From assembly GCA_046594925.1 (NCBI GenBank), contig JBKJQG010000306.1:1-61654 (forward strand): a stretch of 61,654 nt of DNA, given 5' to 3'. Every line of letters begins with the position of its first letter. The stretch's first letter is position 1. Both the position numbers and the translations under genes were made by a program. The stretch is from Bacteroidia bacterium (GTDB lineage Bacteria; Bacteroidota; Bacteroidia; 2-12-FULL-35-15). The notes under the pieces are model-generated. The model was not told the origin of the DNA. It did no database searches and was given only the letters and a program-made list of their open reading frames with translations. Of this stretch, positions 27,089 to 36,442 are shown piece by piece.

Positions 27089-29905
27089 ATGCCAAGAGAT
27101 CATTCCATAAAATCAGTTTTAATCATAGGTTCCGGCCCGATCGTCATCGGACAAGCCTGCGAGTTTGACTATTCCGGCTCACAAGCCGCCCGTTCCTTAA
27201 AGGAAGAAGGCGTGAAAGTGACCCTGATCAACTCCAATCCGGCTACCATCATGACGGATAAAGTAACAGCGGAGAACATCTACCTGTTACCCATGGAAGT
27301 GAAATCCATCGTTAAGATCCTGGAAGAGAACAAAGACATTGATGCAGTGCTGCCTTCTGTAGGCGGACAAACAGCATTGAACCTGGCGATGAAGTGTGAT
27401 GAGATGGGCATCTGGAAAAAATACGGTGTGCGTATGATCGGAGTGGATATTGAAGCGATTGAAGTGACAGAAGACAGAGATAAATTCCGTGCCCGCATGG
27501 AATCCATCGGAGTGGGAATGGCACCCTCGAAAATCTGCCGTTCCTTTTTAGAAGGAAAAGAAATTGCCCAGGAATTCGGATTTCCCTTGGTGATTCGCCC
27601 TTCTTTCACCCTCGGTGGAAGCGGAGGTGCCGTGGTTTATCTAAAAGAAGAATTTGATAAGGCAATCGACAGAGGTTTGCATACATCACCGATCCATGAA
27701 GTACTTATCGACAAAGCCGTATTGGGCTGGAAAGAATATGAGCTGGAATTGCTGCGTGATAGTAACGACAATGTAGTGATCATCTGTTCGATAGAAAACT
27801 TTGATCCGATGGGTGTTCATACAGGTGATAGTATTACCGTTGCTCCTGCAATGACATTGTCCGACAGCACTTTTCAAAAGATGCGTACACTGGCCATCAA
27901 AATGATGCGCAGCATCGGGAACTTTGCAGGCGGCTGCAACGTTCAGTTTGCTGTGAATCCAGATGATTCCGAAGACATCATCGCCATCGAGATCAATCCG
28001 CGCGTGTCCCGTTCTTCTGCTCTGGCTAGTAAGGCAACAGGTTATCCAATCGCTAAGATCGCAGCCAAACTGGCTATCGGATTCAATCTTGATGAATTGG
28101 AAAACCAAATCACTAAATCCACTTCTGCGTTTTTTGAACCGACACTTGATTACGTCATCGTAAAAATTCCCCGTTGGAACTTTGATAAGTTCAAAGGCGC
28201 TAACCGCGAATTAGGATTCCAGATGAAGTCCGTTGGTGAAGTAATGGGTATCGGACGCTGTTTTCAGGAGGCTTTACAAAAAGCTTGTCAGTCGCTGGAA
28301 ATAAAACGTAACGGACTTGGTGCCGATGGAAGAGAAGTGAAGAACCAAGACGAATTATTAAAAAGTTTAGAACGTCCTAGCTGGAACCGTTTGTTCCACA
28401 TCTACGACTCCATCAAATTGGGAATTTCCATCAAGACCATCCAGAAACTCACCCGCATCGACCCTTGGTTCCTTAACCAGATCGAAGAGATGATCATCCT
28501 CGAGAATGAAATTTCTAAATATGCTTTACTGGAATTGCCCCGCGAAATTTTGTACGAAGCCAAACAAAAAGGGTATGCCGACAGACAAATCGCTCACTTA
28601 CTAAAATGTTTGGAGAGCGAAGTGTTCAACCGCCGCCGCGACCTGAACATCAATCGTGTTTACAAATTGGTGGATACCTGCGCAGCTGAATTCGAAGCGA
28701 AAACTCCGTATTACTACAGCACTTTTGAAGACGAGAACGAATCCATCGCCTCCGACAAGAAAAAGATTGTCGTGCTGGGAAGCGGGCCTAACCGTATCGG
28801 ACAAGGAATCGAATTCGATTACAGCTGTGTGCATGGCGTACTTGCTGCAAAAGAATTGGGTTACGAAACAATCATGATCAATTGCAATCCCGAAACTGTT
28901 TCTACAGATTTCAACGTAGCTGATAAATTATATTTTGAGCCTGTATTCTGGGAACACATTTACGACATCATCCTGAATGAAAAACCGGAAGGTGTAATCG
29001 TGCAGTTGGGCGGACAAACAGCTCTGAAACTTGCAGAGAAATTGGAACGCTACGGCATCAAGATCATCGGAACCGATTATAAATCCTTGGATCTTGCAGA
29101 AGACCGTGGAAGTTTTTCCAACCTCTTGAAAGAATACAACATTCCTTACCCGAGATTCGGAGTTATTGAAGATGCCGAACAAGCAGTTGAATTGTCACGT
29201 GAACTGGGCTTCCCATTGTTGGTTAGACCTAGTTATGTATTGGGCGGACAAAACATGAAGATCGTTATCAACGAACAGGAGCTGGAGCAGCACGTGGTGA
29301 ACTTGTTGAAAGACCATCCGGGTAATCAGGTATTGTTAGATCACTTTTTAGAAGGAGCAATAGAAGCAGAGTCGGATTCCATTTGTGACGGAACCGACAA
29401 TTACATCATTGGAATGATGGAACACATCGAGCCTGCCGGCATTCACTCCGGAGATTCTTATGCAGTACTTCCTCCATTCGACTTAAGCGATAACGTGATC
29501 AAACAAATGGAAGATCATACCAAGACCATCGCCATTGCTTTGAAAACAGTTGGATTGTTAAACATTCAGTTTGCGATAAAAGATGAGGTCGTCTACATCA
29601 TTGAAGCCAACCCGCGTGCATCACGTACTGTTCCTTTCATTGCAAAGGCTTACGATGAACCTTATGTGAACTTCGCTACTAAAGTAATGTTGGGCGCAAA
29701 AGTCAAAGACTTCAAATTCAATCCACGCAAAAAAGGATACGCCATAAAAATTCCTGTCTTCTCTTATGAGAAATTCCCGGAAGTAACCAAAGAGCTTGGT
29801 CCTGAAATGAAATCAACAGGTGAAGCGATTTACTTCATTGATGATTTGACAGATGAATTCTTTCACACGATTTACTCGGAGAGGAATTTGTATTTGAGCA
29901 AGTAG
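27089..29905 (+). CDS. carB: carbamoyl-phosphate synthase large subunit (short form, no C-terminal MGS-like allosteric domain)
   Basis: 938 aa. Two ATP-grasp halves (ILIIGSGPIVIGQACEFDYSG... and IVVLGSGPNRIGQGIEFDYS...). Ends about where the E. coli allosteric domain begins. Confidence 0.95.
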   Translation: MPRDHSIKSVLIIGSGPIVIGQACEFDYSGSQAARSLKEEGVKVTLINSNPATIMTDKVTAENIYLLPMEVKSIVKILEENKDIDAVLPSVGGQTALNLAMKCDEMGIWKKYGVRMIGVDIEAIEVTEDRDKFRARMESIGVGMAPSKICRSFLEGKEIAQEFGFPLVIRPSFTLGGSGGAVVYLKEEFDKAIDRGLHTSPIHEVLIDKAVLGWKEYELELLRDSNDNVVIICSIENFDPMGVHTGDSITVAPAMTLSDSTFQKMRTLAIKMMRSIGNFAGGCNVQFAVNPDDSEDIIAIEINPRVSRSSALASKATGYPIAKIAAKLAIGFNLDELENQITKSTSAFFEPTLDYVIVKIPRWNFDKFKGANRELGFQMKSVGEVMGIGRCFQEALQKACQSLEIKRNGLGADGREVKNQDELLKSLERPSWNRLFHIYDSIKLGISIKTIQKLTRIDPWFLNQIEEMIILENEISKYALLELPREILYEAKQKGYADRQIAHLLKCLESEVFNRRRDLNINRVYKLVDTCAAEFEAKTPYYYSTFEDENESIASDKKKIVVLGSGPNRIGQGIEFDYSCVHGVLAAKELGYETIMINCNPETVSTDFNVADKLYFEPVFWEHIYDIILNEKPEGVIVQLGGQTALKLAEKLERYGIKIIGTDYKSLDLAEDRGSFSNLLKEYNIPYPRFGVIEDAEQAVELSRELGFPLLVRPSYVLGGQNMKIVINEQELEQHVVNLLKDHPGNQVLLDHFLEGAIEAESDSICDGTDNYIIGMMEHIEPAGIHSGDSYAVLPPFDLSDNVIKQMEDHTKTIAIALKTVGLLNIQFAIKDEVVYIIEANPRASRTVPFIAKAYDEPYVNFATKVMLGAKVKDFKFNPRKKGYAIKIPVFSYEKFPEVTKELGPEMKSTGEAIYFIDDLTDEFFHTIYSERNLYLSK

Positions 29906-29930
29906 CTTGCCTTTACCCTGGGCGGAGCAT

Positions 29931-29970
29931 GGTCTCTCCGTCATGCTGAGCGTAGTCGAAGTATGAGAGC
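29931..29970 (+). repeat. REP-like hairpin containing CTGAGCGTAGTCGAAG
   Basis: Exact 16-mer at 29946-29961, flanked by the pairing segments TCATGCT/AGTATGA and CTCTC/GAGAG. Confidence 0.7.
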
Positions 29971-29983
29971 CAAGTCTTAGAAG

Positions 29984-30017
29984 AAAAAAAGCCATTTCGT
30001 GAGAAATGGCTTTTTTT
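29984..30017. terminator. bidirectional-type rho-independent terminator after carB
   Basis: A7, GCCATTTC (29991-29998), loop GTGA, GAAATGGC (30003-30010), T7. Confidence 0.85.
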
Positions 30018-30210
30018 GTGGGGCTCCGGTATTAAAGCGCGTGAATTTCTTTCTCTTTCGTCCAGTTTTTCCTCGAGGTTCGTTTAGGTTGGTAGTTTGT
30101 TTGTCAGTTTGATCTTTAGCCCTCCCAACCACCTACCAAAACATAGCTCTCAACGAATTTTCCACTTCATCTGTTTAGTGCTCCCATAACTTTGTCTCAA
30201 ATTTCAGCAC

Positions 30211-31746
30211 ATGAGAACACTCTTCCTTTTACTCCTTTCTTGTGTTTCTTTCACAGCTCCTTCCCAAACCTGGGATTGGGCAAAAAGGGCAAACACTGCT
30301 ACGTCCAATGCAGGACCAACGCAGATTCGGACGGATGGTTTGGGCAACACCTATTTATATGGCAACACAGTATCTGCCGGGCCATTTGTGACTAAATATG
30401 ATGCTTCTGGAAATAGTCTCTGGTCGGTAAACATTCCTTTTGCTACAAATTCCGTGGTGGACTTTAGGGTCGATAAAGACGGAAACAGCTATTTTCTGGG
30501 CCAGTACAGCGATACGATCAATGTCTTTTTTTATACGTTCATCAGTCAGGGACTGCAGGATTTCTACCTCCTGAAGCTGGATCAGAACGGTTTTCCTGTC
30601 TGGGCAAGAAGTTTTGGCGGAATCTCCTATGAGATACCGGGTTCCATTGCCATTGATGATGACCAGAATATTTTCATGGGTGCCAGCTTCAGAATAATGA
30701 TCGATTTCGATGGTCACATGTTGATGGATTCAATACAAAGGTTCTGCCTGGTAAAACTAGATCCGTCCGGTCATACGATCTGGGCCACCGCGGGGGATAC
30801 AACCTTCTGTGCAGTGCAATTGATCGAGCTGGACAAGCAAGCAAATCCCTACATCATTGGCTCGAACAAAAGCCTCGGCGGTCCGACCTCTACCTTCATT
30901 TCGAAGTTCGACAGTACCGGAAATCTGCTTTCCTATTCCATACACTGGGGAATTTATAATGAAGTTTATTCTTTTGCAGTCAGCGATTCAGGAAATATTT
31001 TTCTGCTGCACAATTCGGGTGGCCATTATGACATTATCCCCGATCTCGTAAAATATGATGCGGGAATGAATATGATCTGGCATAAAGAGCTGTCCGGGAT
31101 GAGCGTATGCTATGGGTTCGGGCTCGATCGTTACCGGGGAGTATTTCTTGACGAAAATGAAAATGCTTATGTAGGAGGAATGGTCGGTCATTCCACGTGC
31201 AATGACTCGGTATACTTTGAGGGGCAGTTGATCTACATTGGCCAATACAGTGTTCCAGCTGTTATCGCATTGAATACTTCCGGTACGATGCTCTGGACCA
31301 AAACTGCAACAGCAACCAATGACGACGATATAAGGACGATGGCAAAAGACAAAGACGGGAACCTGATGGTTGCCGGGATATTCAACACGGGGTATGCAGC
31401 CGATCACATGATGTTTGATTCACATACATTGAACAGCAGTGGAGCCTGGCAACAGATCTTTCTCGCGAAATTAAATGTCGTTGGATTCACAACAGGAATA
31501 TCTGAAGCAACTTCTTTAAACACAATCGAAATTTTCCCAAACCCTTCTTCCGGAATTTTTACACTTCGAATGAATCATTCTGCGGCAAAAGTATGCGTGC
31601 GCGATGTGATGGGCAGGTGCGTATTACAGAAAGAGTGCAAGCACGAAATAAATGAGATTGATCTTTCTGCTAATTCCAAAGGCGTTTACTTTATGGAAGT
31701 GCTAGCGGAAGGTAAAAGTGTGGTGAAGAAAATCGTACTACAATAG
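30211..31746 (+). CDS. T9SS-sorted beta-propeller (SBBP-like) repeat protein, paralog 1 of 5
   Basis: 511 aa. Signal peptide ending APS-QTWDWAKR. Repeated GN.Y..G / KLD..G..W / SFGG blades. C-terminal IFPNPSSGIFTL...GVYFMEVLAEGKSVVKKIVLQ T9SS CTD. TAACTTTG box at 30187-30194. Confidence 0.8.
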   Translation: MRTLFLLLLSCVSFTAPSQTWDWAKRANTATSNAGPTQIRTDGLGNTYLYGNTVSAGPFVTKYDASGNSLWSVNIPFATNSVVDFRVDKDGNSYFLGQYSDTINVFFYTFISQGLQDFYLLKLDQNGFPVWARSFGGISYEIPGSIAIDDDQNIFMGASFRIMIDFDGHMLMDSIQRFCLVKLDPSGHTIWATAGDTTFCAVQLIELDKQANPYIIGSNKSLGGPTSTFISKFDSTGNLLSYSIHWGIYNEVYSFAVSDSGNIFLLHNSGGHYDIIPDLVKYDAGMNMIWHKELSGMSVCYGFGLDRYRGVFLDENENAYVGGMVGHSTCNDSVYFEGQLIYIGQYSVPAVIALNTSGTMLWTKTATATNDDDIRTMAKDKDGNLMVAGIFNTGYAADHMMFDSHTLNSSGAWQQIFLAKLNVVGFTTGISEATSLNTIEIFPNPSSGIFTLRMNHSAAKVCVRDVMGRCVLQKECKHEINEIDLSANSKGVYFMEVLAEGKSVVKKIVLQ

Positions 31747-31756
31747 AACATACAAC

Positions 31757-33292
31757 ATGAAAAAAATTACACTCTTCTTCTTTTGCTTTGTGTGCATCAC
31801 GACATCCGCTCAAACCTGGGAATGGGCAAGAAAGGCAGATGCTACAACTTCCGGCGAAGTCCCCAGAAAGATCTTAACGGATAGCCTTGGAAATAGCTAC
31901 TTTCGTGGATACTGTAACGGCTGTCAATATGGAAGTACAACAATAGGATCTTCTCAATTTGTAACAAAATTCAATTCTTCAGGAGGGGTTGTTTGGGCGA
32001 TGCCTATTGATCAGAACCCCATAGACTTTAAAGTAGACAAGGATGGAAATTCCTATTTCTTTGGTAGTTATACCGGCACACAGAATATATTCTCCTATAC
32101 ATTTACCAGCAATGGTTCTGTCGATTTGTATCCCGTGAAGTTAGACGCCGCCGGCAGTCCTTTATGGGGAAGAAGTTTTGGAGGAGTAGGCGGAGAAAAC
32201 CCGGGAAAAATAGGCATCGATCAAGATCTGAATGTTTACTTAACCGGAAACTTCAAGACGGCTATTTCTTTTGATGCCTACACGCTTATCGATTCGACAA
32301 CTCAGTTCTTTCTGGCAAAATTAGACGCATCCGGTAATACAGTATGGGCTACTGCGGCCGATCCATCGTTTGCGATCGGAGATTTAATTGTGCCGGATAA
32401 ACATTCCAATCTTTATTTGGTTGGTTTCAATGATTCTTATGGTTGGTTTGTTGCAAAATTTGATAACGCAGGAAATCTGCTTTTTCACACCGTCTTATTC
32501 GGAATGTATGATTATGTCCCAACAATGGCCGTCGGCGAATTCGGAAATGTATTCTTGCTTCACAATGGTATTGGGCATTATGGCTTTTTACCCATTCTTG
32601 TAAAATATGACTCCTTGATGAACCAGCAATGGAGTCGGACGATAGGAACCCATTACGGATGTTATCAATATGAAGCAGAGATCTCTTTGGATGGTGCGGA
32701 AAATATCTATGTTGGCGGAACCCTCGGCGGCGGATACTGCTTTCAGGATTCGGTTTACTTTTTTGGCCAGTTAGCTTACGTTGGCGACTTAAGCGTTCCT
32801 TCAGTTGCGAAGTTTAGTACGTCCGGAAATTTGCTCTGGACAAAAGCGGCGGAATCTTCGAATCTTGACGCTATCTACACTATGTCCATGGATAGCGACG
32901 GAAATTTGGTTGTAGCCGGAATATTCAATTGGGCCTATACTATAAATGATCACATCGTGTTTGATTCCTACGCTTTGGATAATGACGGCGCCTTTCAGCA
33001 GTCTTTTGTGGCGAAATTAAATCCTTCCGCGCTTGCCACGTCCTTCCCGCAAATTTCATCAGTTGATCAAATTCAAATTTTCCCAAATCCTTCTTCCGGA
33101 ATTTTTACACTGCTCGTGAATAATTCAAATGCAAAAGTCTGCGTGCGTGATGTAATGGGCAGATGCATATTGCAAAAAGAGTGCAGGAATGAAGCAAGTG
33201 ATATTGATCTGTCTGCTGAGGGTAAAGGCATTTACTTTCTGGAAGTAATGGCAGAAGATAAAAGTGTGGTGAAGAAAATAGTGATACAATAA
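31757..33292 (+). CDS. T9SS-sorted beta-propeller repeat protein, paralog 2 of 5
   Basis: 511 aa with the same architecture. Starts 10 nt after paralog 1. Confidence 0.8.
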   Translation: MKKITLFFFCFVCITTSAQTWEWARKADATTSGEVPRKILTDSLGNSYFRGYCNGCQYGSTTIGSSQFVTKFNSSGGVVWAMPIDQNPIDFKVDKDGNSYFFGSYTGTQNIFSYTFTSNGSVDLYPVKLDAAGSPLWGRSFGGVGGENPGKIGIDQDLNVYLTGNFKTAISFDAYTLIDSTTQFFLAKLDASGNTVWATAADPSFAIGDLIVPDKHSNLYLVGFNDSYGWFVAKFDNAGNLLFHTVLFGMYDYVPTMAVGEFGNVFLLHNGIGHYGFLPILVKYDSLMNQQWSRTIGTHYGCYQYEAEISLDGAENIYVGGTLGGGYCFQDSVYFFGQLAYVGDLSVPSVAKFSTSGNLLWTKAAESSNLDAIYTMSMDSDGNLVVAGIFNWAYTINDHIVFDSYALDNDGAFQQSFVAKLNPSALATSFPQISSVDQIQIFPNPSSGIFTLLVNNSNAKVCVRDVMGRCILQKECRNEASDIDLSAEGKGIYFLEVMAEDKSVVKKIVIQ

Positions 33293-33393
33293 AAACGTAC
33301 AACATGAAAGCAATCTTATTCTTTTTATTTTCTTTTGGCTGCGTCTCAGCATCCGCTCAAACCTGGGAATGGGCAAGAAAGGCCGATGCAACT
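33259..33393 (+). repeat. 135-bp junction segment (end of paralog 2 CTD + spacer + paralog 3 signal peptide)
   Basis: 134/135 nt identical to 34830-34964. The single mismatch is G at 33338 versus T at 34909. Confidence 0.9.
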
Positions 33394-34863
33394 GCTGCGA
33401 TCGAAACGCCTACGGAAGTGATGAGTGATGGTCTTGGAAATACATACCTGTTCGGAACCGGATCCGGTGGTTCTCAGTATGGCAGTACCGTATTGTCTCC
33501 TGGAAAATTTCTGGTCAAACTTAATTCATCGGGTAATGTGATCTGGGCAAAGAATATTCCATTCAGCATCAGTTCTACTTCCGTTTTTATAAGCGACTAT
33601 TATTTGGATGAATATGGGAACAGCTATTTCCTCGGACAATTCTATGGAACGTTTACAGTCGAGTCGTTTACATTCACGAGCAATGGGGTGGCTGATGTTT
33701 TTGTAGTCAAGCTGGATCCGGCAGGAAACCCCTTGTGGGGAAAATCTTTTGGTGGAACCGGCTCAGAGACTCCTGGCAGAATCATTGCCGATGGTGAAGA
33801 GAATGTTTACTTCGATGGAGGTTTTCAGGATTCTGTTTCTTTTGGTCCCTCAACAATATTTGATACAACAAGCACTTTCTTTTTGACCAAATTGGATGCA
33901 GCGGGAAATGTGGCTTGGGCAACTGCCGGCCATAACGATTTCGAGTTTGGCGGACAACTTATTTTGGACGACAACGCAAACATTTACGTTGTTGGAAGTG
34001 CAAGTTCATTTTTTTATTACTTCATTGCAAAGTTTGACAACAATGGCAACTTATTATTTCATCAAAACAAATGGGGAAGCTATGATTTTGTTCCAACCTT
34101 AAAATTCAGCCAAGCCGGGAATATATTTCTATTACATAACGGGGGCGGACATTACGGTTATGTGCCTATTCTTGCTAAGTATGACACGCTCATGAATCTG
34201 CAATGGAGCAGGGGTATTGGTACGTATTACGGATGTTATCAATTTGATGCCGGCGTTTTTCTGGATGAGTTTGAAAATGTATACGTTGGTGGAACGATCG
34301 GAAATCAATACTGTTACAGTGATTCCGTTTATTTTCAAGGCACTCTTGCTTACATCGGAGAACACGGTGTGCCTGCCATCGCTAAGTTTGATACTTGGGG
34401 AAATCATATTTGGACAAAAACGGCACTTTCCTCGGATTACGATGTAACCAATGCCATGGATATTGATAAGGATGGAAACCTTATCATTGCCGGTATTTTT
34501 AATGCTTCAGGGCCTGATGATACTCTTAGGTTCGATTCACATATCTTATACAACGACGGCAACTATAGCCAGATCTTTATCGCGAAATTGAACCCCAATG
34601 GGGTTCCGACAGGTCACACAGAAATTGTTTCATCTGAACTGATAAACATTTTTCCAAATCCATCTTCCGGAATATTTACACTGCGCATGAATAATTCAAA
34701 CGCGAAAGTCTGCGTGCGCGATGTGATGGGGAGATGCATATTAAAGCAAGGGTGCAAGAACGAAATAAATGAGATAGATCTTTCTGCTAATTCCAAAGGC
34801 GTTTACTTTATTGAAGTGCTAGCGGAAGGTAAAAGTGTGGTGAAGAAAATAGTGATACAATAA
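33304..34863 (+). CDS. T9SS-sorted beta-propeller repeat protein, paralog 3 of 5
   Basis: 519 aa with the same architecture. Starts 11 nt after paralog 2. Confidence 0.8.
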   Translation: MKAILFFLFSFGCVSASAQTWEWARKADATAAIETPTEVMSDGLGNTYLFGTGSGGSQYGSTVLSPGKFLVKLNSSGNVIWAKNIPFSISSTSVFISDYYLDEYGNSYFLGQFYGTFTVESFTFTSNGVADVFVVKLDPAGNPLWGKSFGGTGSETPGRIIADGEENVYFDGGFQDSVSFGPSTIFDTTSTFFLTKLDAAGNVAWATAGHNDFEFGGQLILDDNANIYVVGSASSFFYYFIAKFDNNGNLLFHQNKWGSYDFVPTLKFSQAGNIFLLHNGGGHYGYVPILAKYDTLMNLQWSRGIGTYYGCYQFDAGVFLDEFENVYVGGTIGNQYCYSDSVYFQGTLAYIGEHGVPAIAKFDTWGNHIWTKTALSSDYDVTNAMDIDKDGNLIIAGIFNASGPDDTLRFDSHILYNDGNYSQIFIAKLNPNGVPTGHTEIVSSELINIFPNPSSGIFTLRMNNSNAKVCVRDVMGRCILKQGCKNEINEIDLSANSKGVYFIEVLAEGKSVVKKIVIQ

Positions 34864-34964
34864 AAACGTACAACATGAAAGCAATCTTATTCTTTTTATT
34901 TTCTTTTGTCTGCGTCTCAGCATCCGCTCAAACCTGGGAATGGGCAAGAAAGGCCGATGCAACT
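34830..34964 (+). repeat. 135-bp junction segment (end of paralog 3 CTD + spacer + paralog 4 signal peptide)
   Basis: Direct repeat of 33259-33393. Confidence 0.9.
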
Positions 34965-36422
34965 TCTGCCGAAGAAGGTTCGAAAAAAATCAGAACCGAT
35001 AGTTATGGGAACATTTATATGATGAGCGTTGGCACCGGCAATACCACCTATGGCAGTACAACCTTGCCTCCGGGTCTTTTTCTCGTGAAATTCGCGCCCT
35101 CCGGATTAGTTTTGTGGGCGACAAGTTTACCTTTTCCTTTCACCGGATTCATGGATTTTAACGTGGATGAAGCGGGGAACAGTTATTTCCTCAGCGTTTA
35201 TAATACTTCCTTAAGTGCGTACTCTTTTAATTTTACCAGCAACGGAGAGGCCGATGTTTACATTTTTAAGTTCGATCCATCCGGGAATGCACTTTGGGGA
35301 AGAAGTTTTGGCGGGACAGGACAAGACATTTCCGGAACCATTGCCATTGATCGCGATCAAAATATTTACTTCGACGGAAGTTTTAAAACGTCCATATCTT
35401 TTGACACAGATACACTGAGTGCCTCGCCAGCAGGAATGTTCCTCGTAAAATTAAATTCTTCGGGTAACACCATTTGGGCAACCAAAGGCGATAACTCATT
35501 TGAGTTTGGAAAATTAATCACACTCGATAAAGATCAAAACCCTTATGTGATTGGTTTTACTCCACTTCCTCCAGAAGATATTTTTATTGCAAAATTTGAT
35601 GTACATGGAAATCTGCTTTCTCATTCCATAGTATTTGGAATCTATGATTTCGTGCCGTCCATGGCGATCAGTGAATCGGGAAATATCTATCTCATTCATA
35701 ATGGAGGTGGGCACTATCATTTTGTGCCTATACTGGTGAAGTACGATTCAATGATGAACGAACAGTGGAGTAAGACCATAGGAACCGGGTATGGATGTTA
35801 TAATTTCAGGGAAGGATTATTCCTGGACGAGTCCGAGAACATATTTGTCGCGGGCGATTTCGGAGGCCAGTACTGCTCTTACGATTCCGTTTATTTTGAA
35901 GGCGAGTTGGCATACGTCGGCGAAAATAGCGTTCCTGCCATCGCTATGTATTCCGCTTCTGGAAATATGATGTGGTTCAGCACGGCAGCTTCCGCCGATC
36001 TGGATTGGACAGTGAGTCTGGCTCGGGATGCCAGTGGCGGCTTGATCATTGCGGGAGGGTTCAATACAATGGGGGTAACGGACACGCTCAGTTTCGGTGC
36101 ACATGCCTTAGTCAATGATGGGAGTTGGAGGCAGAGTTTTCTTGCTAAGTTTAACCCCTCCGCACTTAGCACCGCTTTTTCTGAATTATCTTTCAACGAC
36201 GTCTACATTTTTCCCAATCCTTCTTCCGGAATATTTACCCTACAGATGAATGGTTCGTCTGCGAAAATCTGCGTAAGGGATGTAATGGGTAGATGTGTTT
36301 TTCAAAAAGACTGCAAAAGCGAAACTCTGGAGATCGACCTGTCTGCGCAAAGTAAAGGCATTTACTTCCTGGAAGTTTTGGCTGAAGGTAAACGCGAAGT
36401 AAAAAAAATTGTCTTGCAATAA
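34875..36422 (+). CDS. T9SS-sorted beta-propeller repeat protein, paralog 4 of 5
   Basis: 515 aa with the same architecture. The first 30 aa differ from paralog 3 at one residue. Confidence 0.8.
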   Translation: MKAILFFLFSFVCVSASAQTWEWARKADATSAEEGSKKIRTDSYGNIYMMSVGTGNTTYGSTTLPPGLFLVKFAPSGLVLWATSLPFPFTGFMDFNVDEAGNSYFLSVYNTSLSAYSFNFTSNGEADVYIFKFDPSGNALWGRSFGGTGQDISGTIAIDRDQNIYFDGSFKTSISFDTDTLSASPAGMFLVKLNSSGNTIWATKGDNSFEFGKLITLDKDQNPYVIGFTPLPPEDIFIAKFDVHGNLLSHSIVFGIYDFVPSMAISESGNIYLIHNGGGHYHFVPILVKYDSMMNEQWSKTIGTGYGCYNFREGLFLDESENIFVAGDFGGQYCSYDSVYFEGELAYVGENSVPAIAMYSASGNMMWFSTAASADLDWTVSLARDASGGLIIAGGFNTMGVTDTLSFGAHALVNDGSWRQSFLAKFNPSALSTAFSELSFNDVYIFPNPSSGIFTLQMNGSSAKICVRDVMGRCVFQKDCKSETLEIDLSAQSKGIYFLEVLAEGKREVKKIVLQ

Positions 36423-36442
36423 AAAATTTAAAACAATAAATC

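Noticed and set aside
27089-29905. carB as a 3'-truncated pseudogene
   Set aside because: The ORF is uninterrupted through both synthetase halves and ends with a normal stop followed by a strong terminator. A length of about 940 aa is, to my knowledge, usual in this phylum.
30077-30141. GTTTG/GGTTGG versus CCAACC/CAAAC inverted words upstream of the first array gene
   Set aside because: Only 6-7 bp alternative pairings are possible (ttggtag/ctaccaa, ggttgg/ccaacc). That is not distinguishable from chance by eye.
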